Source of the DNA: Cyanidioschyzon merolae
Lineage: Eukaryota
Assembly: GCA_000091205.1 (NCBI GenBank)
Contig: AP006498.2
Length of the DNA: 64,000 nt
Reading direction: 5' to 3' (one strand)
Positions 32,548-42,988 of the stretch are shown piece after piece. The notes below the pieces were generated by a model, which was not told where the DNA came from, searched no databases, and saw only the letters and a program-made list of their open reading frames with translations. Each line of letters opens with the position of its first letter. The stretch's first letter is position 1. The translations under genes and the position numbers were made by a program.

Positions 32548-34506
32548 CTAGAGGACGGCATTATGAGCGCCGTCGTCGCCTACGGGCGACACTCCGCCGC
32601 TGACGTTGCCGCTGATGCTCGCTGGTGTACCGGGACGGATTGCGTGATCGCCACAGTCTTCAATGCGGTTCAGGAGATCTTGAATTTCCTGCTCTTCGTA
32701 TACGTGAAGACCATGCAGGGCAAGGCGCAAAAAAATCGGCAAATCTGTGCCTTCGAGCGTGCAGTAGTTCAGCAAGGCCTTGCCGCTGACCTGCAGCGCT
32801 CGACACAGCCGGACGCTGATGCTACCCAGCAGCTGAGCGGCTGTTTCCGCCTTGATGTCTGCCAGGTTCCGAATGCTTTCTCGCATGTCCGATGGCAGGT
32901 AATAAAAGCAAACATTCGTCGCAGGATAAGACCGATCAAGCGGCCAGTGTACCAGGAGGAAGCACGGTCGCTTCGCCATGGCCTCAGCAATAGCGCGTGC
33001 GTTGCGAGCAGCGGCTTCCACGCGGGCCCCGAAACCAGCACTGCCACGCCACATCCACATCAGCCAGAACTTGAGCGCATCAGAGCGGCGGCTACACGTC
33101 AGCGTCATGTCGCCAATATCGTACTGCGCATCGGTATCGAGGTCGTCGTGAAACAGATACGGTGCTCGCGCAGCGTGCGCGGCCTGAAGCAAACCGCGCT
33201 CCCGAACTAACAGAATCGAGCACTGCAGCGGTGCATTGAGTAGCTTATGAGCATTCAGCACAAACGAATTTGCGTATTTTTCAAGCCCAGCCAGCGCCAC
33301 CGGACGAAATCTCTCCGAAAATAAGAAAGAGCCGCCTAAGGCTCCGTCCACGTGCACCCAAAACGTCGGCTGAGGCAAGCGCTCCCGAATCATGGTGTCT
33401 GCCTCAAGGCGCTGTTCCAGCTCTGCTGACGCTGACTCTACGGAATTCAATGGAAATGCCTCTGCCAGAACTGTCCAGATTTCGGGCAGAGGGTCGAACG
33501 CACTCAAAACAGTCGTACCCGCTGTCACGTTCACGAATACGCTGGAAAGCGGCCGGGTGTTGCGAAAGCAGTGAATGAGTCGACGCAACGCCTCCGGGTC
33601 CATGCGGCCTTGCTCGTCACAGGGCACCAGCACGACATCCGAGCAGTCCTCACCGGGTGCATCACAGAACCCGAGCATGGCCGCATTCCGTCGAACGCTG
33701 TAGTGGCCTTGGACCGACGTGAAGATCCCCATTCGCCGCTCGTTGCAGTGATGGCGCTGGGTACGCTTTGTCTGCGGTCGCCTGGCATTCATTTGAAACA
33801 CGTGGCGCGCTGTCGTCAGTGCAATAAGGTTCGCATAGCTGCCGCCAGGACAGAAGATACCATCACCCTGCAGCGGTGTCTTCCAGCCGATGCACGAACT
33901 CAGCGCTTCAATAACCCGTCGTTCGAGAAGCACCAGATACGGCGCAGCGGAAAACGTATCCGCAGAGTTGTTTAACACCGAGCAGATGAGGTCAGCTATT
34001 TGTCCTACTGGATCCGAGCCGCCGTAGAGACGGTGCAAAAAGAAGGCGTGCTTCGTCCGTACCGAATACCGAAGAAGGTCTTCGAGAAACTGTTCCAGCA
34101 AGTCGCGCGAACCTGCACTCTCCCCGCTGATAACACATTGTACATAGTGATCAAGCTGTCGCCAAATAGCACTTGGTGGTACGTACACGAGCGGCAACTG
34201 CGCCTCGGGTGTCCGTTCCACACCATTTTCACTGCCCGCGTCGCTTGACGTGCAGAGTCCCAGTTTTCGCTCGACGATCCCGAGCAGTTCCTGGAGCTCT
34301 CGCGCAAACTCTATCTCACCCCCAAAACCCACTTCTTTTAGTTTGTTGGTCGCACTACCGGGAGCATTCCGGGTTTCCATACGGTGAGCAGCTCCGAGCG
34401 GAGCCTCTGGAGACTCGGCATCCCGACGCGAATGTCCGAAGCGCGCCGCTGCACGCTGGATCCTCTGCCGGCGAGGTTCGAAACATGTGGCCTTTTCGGT
34501 GCTCAT
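32548..34506 (-). CDS. Group II pyridoxal-phosphate-dependent decarboxylase (glutamate / cysteine-sulfinate / aromatic amino-acid decarboxylase family)
   Basis: Family N-terminal region: LLEQFLEDLLRYSVRTKHAFFLHRLYGGSDPVGQIADLICSVLNNSADTF..APYLVLLERRVI. PLP-lysine motif: NAHKLLNAPLQCSILLV (family consensus N.HK..G.P.QCS.LL). The HVDGALGG and DxxxxCxGG-like segments are also present. Confidence 0.85.
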   Translation of the reverse strand: MSTEKATCFEPRRQRIQRAAARFGHSRRDAESPEAPLGAAHRMETRNAPGSATNKLKEVGFGGEIEFARELQELLGIVERKLGLCTSSDAGSENGVERTPEAQLPLVYVPPSAIWRQLDHYVQCVISGESAGSRDLLEQFLEDLLRYSVRTKHAFFLHRLYGGSDPVGQIADLICSVLNNSADTFSAAPYLVLLERRVIEALSSCIGWKTPLQGDGIFCPGGSYANLIALTTARHVFQMNARRPQTKRTQRHHCNERRMGIFTSVQGHYSVRRNAAMLGFCDAPGEDCSDVVLVPCDEQGRMDPEALRRLIHCFRNTRPLSSVFVNVTAGTTVLSAFDPLPEIWTVLAEAFPLNSVESASAELEQRLEADTMIRERLPQPTFWVHVDGALGGSFLFSERFRPVALAGLEKYANSFVLNAHKLLNAPLQCSILLVRERGLLQAAHAARAPYLFHDDLDTDAQYDIGDMTLTCSRRSDALKFWLMWMWRGSAGFGARVEAAARNARAIAEAMAKRPCFLLVHWPLDRSYPATNVCFYYLPSDMRESIRNLADIKAETAAQLLGSISVRLCRALQVSGKALLNYCTLEGTDLPIFLRLALHGLHVYEEQEIQDLLNRIEDCGDHAIRPGTPASISGNVSGGVSPVGDDGAHNAVL

Positions 34507-37261
34507 GTCTATTGTTTAGAGGAGCGCAATTACCCTGCTTGGCAAGTGGGGTACCAGTGCGTCTGTCCAAAAGTTGGACACGTACGCGGTGCTTGCACCG
34601 AAGCGAGAAGCAGCGTGCAGTGCTTCTACGTTGAAACGAAGAAGCGATGCCTGGCCATCGCGCACGCGGAGCGTACCCGGAACGACAGCACTCGTGCCTA
34701 CCAGCTTCCAAGGATGGACGCTGGTAGGCACGCTGCATAAGAGTGCCTTGCGTTTCCGGGGAACGTAGGTCGTTTCAGTGTAGAGGTGCTGTGGATATCG
34801 AGTGCGCTCTGGTATGGTAGAAGCCTGCCGTCTCGGGTCGCGGGAGGATCGACTCACGAGAGGCGTCTCGTTTCCGCTCGGACCAGAACTCTTTATGTAT
34901 AAAGCCTCGAGTTGGGAGAAATGTAAGAATTCCTTCAAGAAAACAGGAATTCTGGATATGCATCCGGTCCACGGGCTGCGTCTTTGATAGATACGTGCTC
35001 GCGTCGAATGCTTCGTGGTGTAGCACCCGTACGAGTCACCACTTGCCACCGGGAAACGCATGTGCTGCGGAGCGCTACAGTGCAGAACACTGGCCAAGCA
35101 CGAGCACCTCGCGAGGTGTCTGGGTCCGCGGTTGGACCGCACCGGAGCATCCTACGGTGCAGAACCTGGTACCAGCTGGTTATGCTTTCTGGAACGCGTA
35201 CTGGCGAGAAACCTTGGTAATACCTCGAATGAAGCGCACCCAGGATAGGACGCATTCGCACTCCTACCGCGTCAAATCCTAGATTGCAGGCACAAGCGAG
35301 CATGAAAACGTTGACAGATGAGGCAAAATCGAAGCAGAATCGACGTAGCCCTGAAACTCCGATTCAAATGCATGATGATGAAGCGAACTACAATGGCCTC
35401 GAGGCAGCATTGACGTCTCCGTAAAACATTTGACAAGGAATCAAGGTAGCTGCCTGGTTCATGACCTGGCGCGAGCAGAGCTCGTGCTCTGGACGCTGGT
35501 GCGTCGGATCCATCAACCGCATCAAGCGAGGCTCTGTTGCAGGAGCAGTTTGCGCGTAACATGCTTCTTGACGCTGAGGAGTCGAAGAATGTAATGGAAT
35601 GCTCCGAAATTATGCACGCGTTACCTGTAATCCGGGAAACGACCCCAGTCCGACGAAAACGCATCCACCTGCCGCTCATCGTAGTGCATGAGGCGTCCAG
35701 GGGATCATTTGGGATGCACTGGTTATACTCAGATTAGCGCATTCCGGAATACCTGTATCAGCATGCCCGCTTCGCTTTCGTATGATGCTCTCGCAGTAGT
35801 ACTCGTAAGACGCACGTTCATCCCAGTCGATTAGACTTCATTCGGCAGTAGTGGAATACATTTTCGGTGGGCAATCAAAAAGGGGCAAACCGCTGTTCGC
35901 AAAGTCGTAACAGTCAAGCATTCCGGGAACATCAACGTTCGCAGCGACGCTACCGTTTGGTCACATACAAATCATGAAACGGACGCGATCGCTCAACACA
36001 TGATCCACAGTTGAAGCACGCTTCTTGGCTTTTTATTCCCACAATCTTCGGTGCTGCTCATGGGGAACGTCGCTTTCGATCACTAAAAAGCGATAAGAGG
36101 ATGATGTGGCTGAAATAGGTACTGAGCTGCGCTGCGTGGCATCCCGTTCTAAGTGCTTCACTCCAGCCGAAGGCGTGTTCTCTATTGTGAAGAGCCACGC
36201 TGGCACTTACCGGTCCATAGATGCGTCGCTCGTTCCTATGACACCAAAGTCTTTCGACAGGCGCTTCTCTAACGTCACCAATCCTAAACCGCTGTATTGC
36301 TTCGCTGCGAATGCGCGGGAGTGAGCGGAAAACGCGCTCCGGTCCGTGGGCATGCTCGCGACCGCGAGGGTGACGAAAAGATACTTGAGGAAACGGAGAT
36401 CCATAGATAGATATGACGAGTCTCAGACCTATAGTCGAATCTGTTCGTCTGAATGCCGAGTAGAAAGCGGGTAAAGCGCAAAGCGATTACGTTCCTATCA
36501 CTCCTTCAAGTCAAGGTGGCAGAGGAGAGGGAGTCGGTCTCTGCTAACGAGCATGCAGCATTCGAACAGCTTCACGAGGACCGTAGGCGGAGCTCTTTCC
36601 AGGTTCCGCTTTAACAAGCAGGAAGTGCAATGAAGTTTCCAGAAACAACGGAGACCAGTAGACTGTCATTATGCACGCACTCTGTGAAACCCAGGCCGGG
36701 TCGAGCAACGAGACTCATGATCAGCCGCTCACGGTATATGAATCCGACGAATATCTAATGGAATGGATCTCGTGTTGGAGAACATCATGCCCGTAGCCGT
36801 ACCTCAAGGACGAGACGCCGGAGCCAGAGACCTGAACGGAGAGCAGATGAAGCTGCTCAAATATCCCAGGGCTCGGGATCGTCAGGAGTTGGACACAATG
36901 AAAAGCCACGAGGCATACCAAAAAGAGGAACAACTAGGTCAAGAGCCTCCCCGACGCTCCGAGCACCATACGGAGCAGATACGGAAGCTAGATACGCTTC
37001 ATTCAGAGCGAGTAAGTGAGCGCCCAAATGGCTCATGCGGACTATCTTTGGCAAGCGTACATGGGATCGCGCTGGGCTCGCCAACGGTTTCGTTTCGAAG
37101 GGGCTGCACGGGGAGCGTATTCACCATTTCTTCGATGAGTTGCGAAAGAATATGACCAACGAGTTGCGTCGTTTGGAGGTAGCCTGCAGCGCTTGACACG
37201 CTGGAGGTTACAAAGCCTGGAATCCTGTGCTCCTTCGACGCGCGCGTGCAACGCGTGCAGG

Positions 37262-37740
37262 AAACGTTTCTGGACGATTTCCATCAATGCATTCAGGAGG
37301 ATAAACGGGCATCACAAACATGGATGCTCGCTGCAAATCGTACAAAAGTAGCGTTTGGTATCCTGTACGATTTCCATCAATGCATTCAGGAGGATAAACG
37401 GGCATCACAAACATGGATGCTCGCTGCAAATCGTACAAAAGTAGCGTTTGGTATTCTGTACGATTTCCATCAATGCATTCAGGAGGATAAACGGGCATCA
37501 CAAACATGGATGCTCGCTGCAAATCGTACAAAAGTAGCGTTTGGTATTCTGTACGATTTCCATCAATGCATTCAGGAGGATAAACGGGCATCACAAACAT
37601 GGATGCTCGCTGCAAATCGTACAAAAGTAGCGTTTGGTATTCTGTACGATTTCCATCAATGCATTCAGGAGGATAAACGGGCATCACAAACATGGATGCT
37701 CGCTGCAAATCGTACAAACCTAGCGTTTGGTATCAAGCTG
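37262..37740. repeat. Minisatellite: 93-bp unit x ~5 tandem copies (units start 37276, 37369, 37462, 37555, 37648)
   Basis: The unit is gatttccatcaatgcattcaggaggataaacgggcatcacaaacatggatgctcgctgcaaatcgtacaaaagtagcgtttggta[t/c]tctgtac. Copies 2-4 are perfect and the terminal copy diverges. Both strands are open through the array (ORFs 37246..37788 + and 37208..37717 -), so the reading frame is uninformative. Confidence 0.9.
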
Positions 37741-38298
37741 AATGCACTTTTTAGAGTACCTTGGGCTGGTTGGGTGTCAGATTCCTAAACAGTAGACGAT
37801 GAGACGCGAGCGCAAGCTGCACCAGGATTTCACAGCCTCGATCTACATCCGGAAACGTCTCGTGCTTCCGCAACGTGCATCGACTTTGTGTCCAGCGAAT
37901 ACTTGCGTGCATCCTCTAGGACTCAGTTAAGGTTCTGTGGTGAAACGCTGCACACTTTCCATGAAAAACATCAGTGCACAGAAAAAGGAGCATCGGATTC
38001 GTGCCTGGAACTCTGTCCCGGCCTACGATATGAACAGCCATCACAGCGAAGCTCCAGCACCGTACGTACACACAGGGAACGAATTCACTTGACACTTGGT
38101 GAACGATCATGGTACTCCATCGCTCGATGCGACTGAGCATCGCGAAGATTGATCGTATACCTCCGGAGCAAGTCCGGAGATCGACGACATCGCGACTTGA
38201 CGGCGTCTGGACGCCATCCAGCGCTGAGCACGATCCGCAGGAAGCGATGGCTTCTGAATAAGGCCGCTAGGAACAAGACTCGTTCGCCTCGGTAGCTA

Positions 38299-38316
38299 GG
38301 TGTGTGTGTGTGTGTG
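38299..38316. repeat. (TG)8 microsatellite
   Basis: Direct read: ggtgtgtgtgtgtgtgtg, about 120 bp upstream of the SDR gene. Confidence 0.9.
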
Positions 38317-38434
38317 CGGAGTCGACCTGCACCGCACCGTGTTACTCTGGTTGACACGATAGTGCAGTTCGTACAGTATTCGAAGCGTTTCTTCAGTTCG
38401 AACTTTGTCAGCGCCAAACGATAACGGAAACTGA

Positions 38435-39598
38435 GTGCCGCGAACGCACTGCTGCGCACGAGCGTCACACTCTCCGCTCTCCATGTTTGATGCGTTTGAA
38501 GCCGACGACCTGCAGCAGTGGGGGTATGCGCAAGCTACCCTGAAGCCGCTCGCTTCCCGGTTCGAACATGCCACCAGTCTGCCGGTCGTTGTGGTCACAG
38601 GAACGACCACTGGCATAGGGCTGCACACTGCCGCTATGCTGGCGGCGAGCGGCCTCTTCCGGGTCATCGCGACCATGCGACCGTCAAGTCTACCTACGGG
38701 AGAGCCGCGTCTGCGCGAGCTAGTTCAGCGATACACAGAAAGCGGAAATACCGTGACGACGACGACGACGACGAGGAAAGTAGCCTCAGCAGATGCACTC
38801 CGAGTATGCGCGTTGGACGTCACCTCGGAGGCGTCATGGAAGGCGCTCGCTACCCAGTTACCCGGCCCTGAGCGACGTGTGGATGTTCTGATCAACAATG
38901 CGGGTTACGGTGTGTCGGGATCGACAGAACAGGTTACGGTCGAGCAAGCACAGCAGCTCTTTGACACCAATGTGTTTGGGGTCATGCGGGGCGTCCAGGT
39001 GCTGGCGCCCTACATGCGAGCCCAGTCAAAGAGAAACCAGGCGCAAGGTCTATACACCGTTCTGATTCAGATTAGCAGCTTGGCTGGGCTTCGAGCGGTT
39101 CCATTCAGTGACCTGTATTCGGCGAGCAAGTTCGCTCTCGAGGGTCTTACCGAGGCCATGCGGTACTCGCTGGAACCTTTCGGGATTCGCTGTATCTGTG
39201 TGAATCCGGGACCCGTACGTTCGGCGTTCAGCACTCGGTTTGGTATTGCGTCCCGCGACCGTGGCTGCCGGCAGATCCCCGACGAGGATCCACTCGTGAA
39301 ACACAAGCTAGACACGATGCACGACTTGTTCGTCAGAGACCTGGCGGAGCGGATGGCCAGTGCCGAGGTCGGACAAAGCAGTGCCCAGGTTGCAGTGAGC
39401 ATCGTACAGGCTGTGGTCGACGGCCTCAGTCTCAGTGAAGCGCCTTCGTTGCATTACGGTACCAGTCCAGTTGTTGACGAAACCATCCGTTGCCTGAGAA
39501 CAGACCCCGCAGCGCGCACCTCTGAACCGTATCGGCGATTCTGGGACGCAGTAGCACGAGCGCAAAAACAAGCCACCGATACAGCAGGAATGCCTTGA
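38435..39598 (+). CDS. Classical short-chain dehydrogenase/reductase (SDR), retinol/17beta-hydroxysteroid dehydrogenase-like
   Basis: Rossmann motif VVVVTGTTTGIGLHTAAMLAASG (TGxxxGxG), NNAG motif (LINNAGYG), catalytic S...YxxxK (SSLAGLRAVPFSDLYSASKFALEGL), and a PG motif (NPGPVRS). A (GAC)6 tract at 38755..38773 encodes a TTTTTT/poly-D-like insert. The probable start is the Met at 38483 (MFDAFEADD). Confidence 0.85.
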   Translation: MPRTHCCARASHSPLSMFDAFEADDLQQWGYAQATLKPLASRFEHATSLPVVVVTGTTTGIGLHTAAMLAASGLFRVIATMRPSSLPTGEPRLRELVQRYTESGNTVTTTTTTRKVASADALRVCALDVTSEASWKALATQLPGPERRVDVLINNAGYGVSGSTEQVTVEQAQQLFDTNVFGVMRGVQVLAPYMRAQSKRNQAQGLYTVLIQISSLAGLRAVPFSDLYSASKFALEGLTEAMRYSLEPFGIRCICVNPGPVRSAFSTRFGIASRDRGCRQIPDEDPLVKHKLDTMHDLFVRDLAERMASAEVGQSSAQVAVSIVQAVVDGLSLSEAPSLHYGTSPVVDETIRCLRTDPAARTSEPYRRFWDAVARAQKQATDTAGMP

Positions 39599-40241
39599 GG
39601 CATGATCTCCTCTAGCCGACAGCGAATAAGCGATTGCATCGATTGCAGGGTGACGTTCCTGGTGCGATACGAGAAAAAGACTTCATGCCTTGTATCCTGA
39701 TGCTGGTGCGGAAGCACGTGTTCCGCATCTCGATTCGTATGGTGCAGGATCGCGGTCCTTGCATCGATCTCTTAAAACACATATGCGTAGCCGGATATCC
39801 TAGCAAGAGAGTCAGGTTCCGCCGGGTTTCTTGCACAGTACCGGAACGCTGCATCGACCTAGATACCCGACATGGCATCCGTACATTCGAGTTACCGGGC
39901 GAGCGTACTTGATCCTTGCGTGGACATTTCCGATTTCCATGAAATCCTTAATGTTTCATAAAAAGCACGTTATCTTGTATTCTCTGTGATTTTGGTGCGC
40001 GTTTTTGCGCAGCTCAGTCGAGATGAGGTGCGCTGTATCGCGCGTACCGCATAGATCCTCATTCCAATCATCGGCATGGTTTTCCGCATCCAAGATATCT
40101 TCGCCATGCACCTAGTCATTCACAATCATTTCATCTGCATTGCAACGCGGTTTCACAAACAAAAACGGCTACGACAGGCATCGACCTTGTGGTGCTTCGG
40201 TACCTGCTTCGTTCAGTTTTGTGTACGCTTGGAGCATCCGC

Positions 40242-40254
40242 GTGTGTGTGTGTG
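40242..40254. repeat. (GT)6 microsatellite
   Basis: Direct read: gtgtgtgtgtgtg. Confidence 0.8.
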
Positions 40255-41469
40255 GGAATCCACGTTTGCGAAAACCACCGCTGCGATGCAACTCGCCGGT
40301 AAATACAACCACGCGATGTGCATTGTACCGCGTTCCCAGCAAGCCTGCACCCCAGCCACTCCATAATTTGCTTCGCATGGCTGAGGAAACGCGGTTCTCG
40401 CGTCCTCGACACGCTCACATGGCGCTGAAGCGAGCAACCACCGATCGTTGCACTGTGCGGTGGATGACGTCTTCCTCTCTTTCCCCGGGAGCAGAGTCTG
40501 CGGCTACTGTTCTGGAAACAAGTCCGTCCATAACAGCAATAGTTGCCATCGGAGCCTCTCATAGCAACAGCTGTTCATGATAGCAAAGACCGGTACGCAG
40601 CCTAGCACAGACGAATCTTCTTCGGCGACTGCGGTGCTGGTCACGGAGAACGATCAACCTCGATCATGACAATCGTTTCCGATTGCATCTTGTCGATTAC
40701 CGAACCTCGTATCGCAAAAACTTCTCGTGAGGAGAATCACAGCTCAGGTCGTGCCGCTGGACACTGTATGATGCTGGGGGTGCTTTATGTTGTCTGGTAT
40801 TGCACTCACTCATCGATACGCACTGCAGGGCATGAACGCATCCACCGAAGGATGCACGATGTTTACGTCACGATTCTACAACGGTGAGTTGTTGCAACGC
40901 CTCGAGGTCTATCACGATAGCCCCGTATTTGGACATGGTCGCTATCACGTGGGCCTCTGCAGATGGTAATGCTCTGTGCTCAAAAAGCGCAACAGAGGCG
41001 TGCCTGCCGATGTCCAGGACTCGCTTCCCGAAGCGCAGCGTCGAGGCATGCAAATATCTCTTCGTCTGTGTACCTTTTTGTTCCCAGTACGGAACAACGT
41101 CATCGTCGCATTGTTCCCCAGCCAGCGGACCAAAGCCTGCTGTACCAGCGAGATTGGCGTCCGCAGGCACCCTATCCACGGATACGAAACGGAAGCGCAG
41201 GCACTCGCAGTTCTATGGTCTCTGGTGTGGAATCCTCACAACGCATGCGCTTCTCGTGGCGAGTGAATTACCGCATCGCAGCAACAGCAGCATCTACCTC
41301 GTTTGCATGTGCACTTTACGAGGAGCGTGGCAGAGGCTACCGTGCGCGTCCCGTGATCATCGCACAGCTCGCTCTCCCGAGTGATACACCCTCAGTCGCC
41401 TCAAGTCAAGCATTCTTGGGTTGTATCGGCGCCTCGACAGCGACAGCGCATATGCACACACGACCGCCA

Positions 41470-42336
41470 TCAGTCAGCGTGCTTCCTACCGGAAAAAGTC
41501 GCACGCTGACGAGCCCGATTTGCGTAGATGTAGTTGGTGAAGGATCCCTCCCAGATTGTCGCGATACGGTACATCGCAAAGAGCAGCAACGTGAGCAACA
41601 GACCCAGGGTACTGCGTTCAAAAAGCGCCTCCGCAAGGAACAGCAACGAACTCCCATCGTACATCGGATGCTCAAAATGACTGAAGGGAAACGCAGAGAC
41701 CTTGGATGGTTTCAAGATTCCGAAGTAGTCCCCTAGATACGTCCCGAAGAGACCCAGCTGAAGAAAGGACGTGGTCACCAGGACAAGCCCAGTGGCAAAC
41801 GCGGCCCAGGCGACCGCGTCTACAGCCGAGGCTATCGTTCGTGGGGTGCAGAAGCGCCACACCACCGCTGGTATAAACGCCTGTGGAAACGGAGGCAAGC
41901 GCACCGCACTGGTCTGCATTGCCTCCAGCACTACCAGATCGCGATACAAGGAAAAGCTGAATACCCAACAGGCCAGCAGCAAGCAGGCGAACCGCCGTCG
42001 ACCACGGCAGAGGCGACTCCACACGCTCGTGTAGTACTCAAGTCGGGCGAGCACGTTCCATAACAGCGGTGCTGCGATGATGTACGTAATCGCTCGGGCA
42101 CTGGCGAGATCTAGGTAAGCGCTTTGTTGAGCCAAGCGCTGGGCAACCACCTCCAGTGGTTTCCGTACGAACACTGTCCAGCGCTCGAACGCCAACGCGT
42201 ACGCTCGCAGTACGATCAGAGCCTCCTTTTCCAACTGCAGAAAGCGAGCTCCTAACGTATCCATACAAAAATCGAGTGAAGCGTTGCTTTGACACAAACT
42301 CTGGAAAATACCTGGACGACTCGCAGTGTCCAGCAA
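41470..42336 (-). CDS. Polytopic membrane methyltransferase of the ICMT/PEMT (phospholipid / isoprenylcysteine carboxyl methyltransferase) superfamily; tentative
   Basis: Multiple hydrophobic helices, then a C-terminal block ...FSHFEHPMYDGSSLLFLAEALFERSTLGLLLTLLLFAMYRIATIWEGSFTNYIY. This resembles the RHPxYxG ... EE..L...FG..Y..Y signature shared by ICMT and PEMT. The match is degenerate (EHPMY, EG.F), hence the moderate confidence. Confidence 0.45.
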   Translation of the reverse strand: MLDTASRPGIFQSLCQSNASLDFCMDTLGARFLQLEKEALIVLRAYALAFERWTVFVRKPLEVVAQRLAQQSAYLDLASARAITYIIAAPLLWNVLARLEYYTSVWSRLCRGRRRFACLLLACWVFSFSLYRDLVVLEAMQTSAVRLPPFPQAFIPAVVWRFCTPRTIASAVDAVAWAAFATGLVLVTTSFLQLGLFGTYLGDYFGILKPSKVSAFPFSHFEHPMYDGSSLLFLAEALFERSTLGLLLTLLLFAMYRIATIWEGSFTNYIYANRARQRATFSGRKHAD

Positions 42337-42856
42337 ACAAGTCTAACTGGGTTACAGGGTGTCCCAGTGGCGTCTACTCTGTACAACAGAAGCGCTGGTT
42401 TCGTGTACTCGTCGACGACGCCCCGTGGCGAGCCAAGCGATGCAGAAAATGTGTCGCTTTTCGTACATAACGCAGCTTTCTTGCGTTTTGGCGCTGGTGT
42501 TACGCAGCAGCTTCTGTGTGTGAAGGCACTGAGGTCTCGAGTCGACTAGTCTCTTCAAGCGGGTACTCGTACGTTGAGCTGCGGGTGGAGGCTGGTGTTC
42601 CACAGAGGCGTCTGTGAGGAAAAAACGCGCTTCCCTGGATACCCCGCAACACACGTGGAGCCAAAGCGCTGCGGTTCCTGTCACCCCAGACCCCTACCGT
42701 GAGAAGAGCGAGGCGAAAATTGCTGTCAAAGCTTCTCTCGCTGGGTAAAGCCTCTGACACGAACTGTCGTTCTCGCTGACAGCTTTTGGCGTCCAGTGAG
42801 CGTGCAGGCAGCACGCACGAGACGCTTTCGCAGTGAATCCTCCGCATACTCGTGCG

Positions 42857-42886
42857 GGTGGTGGTGGTGGTGGTGGTGGTGGTGGT
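42857..42886. repeat. (GGT)10 trinucleotide microsatellite in the divergent intergenic region between 41470..42336(-) and OPLAH(+)
   Basis: Direct read: ggtggtggtggtggtggtggtggtggtggt. It encodes poly-His only in a spurious minus-strand ORF. Confidence 0.9.
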
Positions 42887-42988
42887 CTTCTGGAAGCGCA
42901 CTCCGCCAGCTCGCCACAGTTCTTGGAGCCAAACAAACAACATCGACGGCAATAGCTGGACCCTGGGACGTTTCCTTCACTCGTTTCC

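Noticed and set aside
37262-37740. CRISPR array
   Set aside because: The 93-bp units are directly contiguous with no unique spacers and are nearly identical over their whole length. It is a minisatellite, not repeat-spacer architecture.
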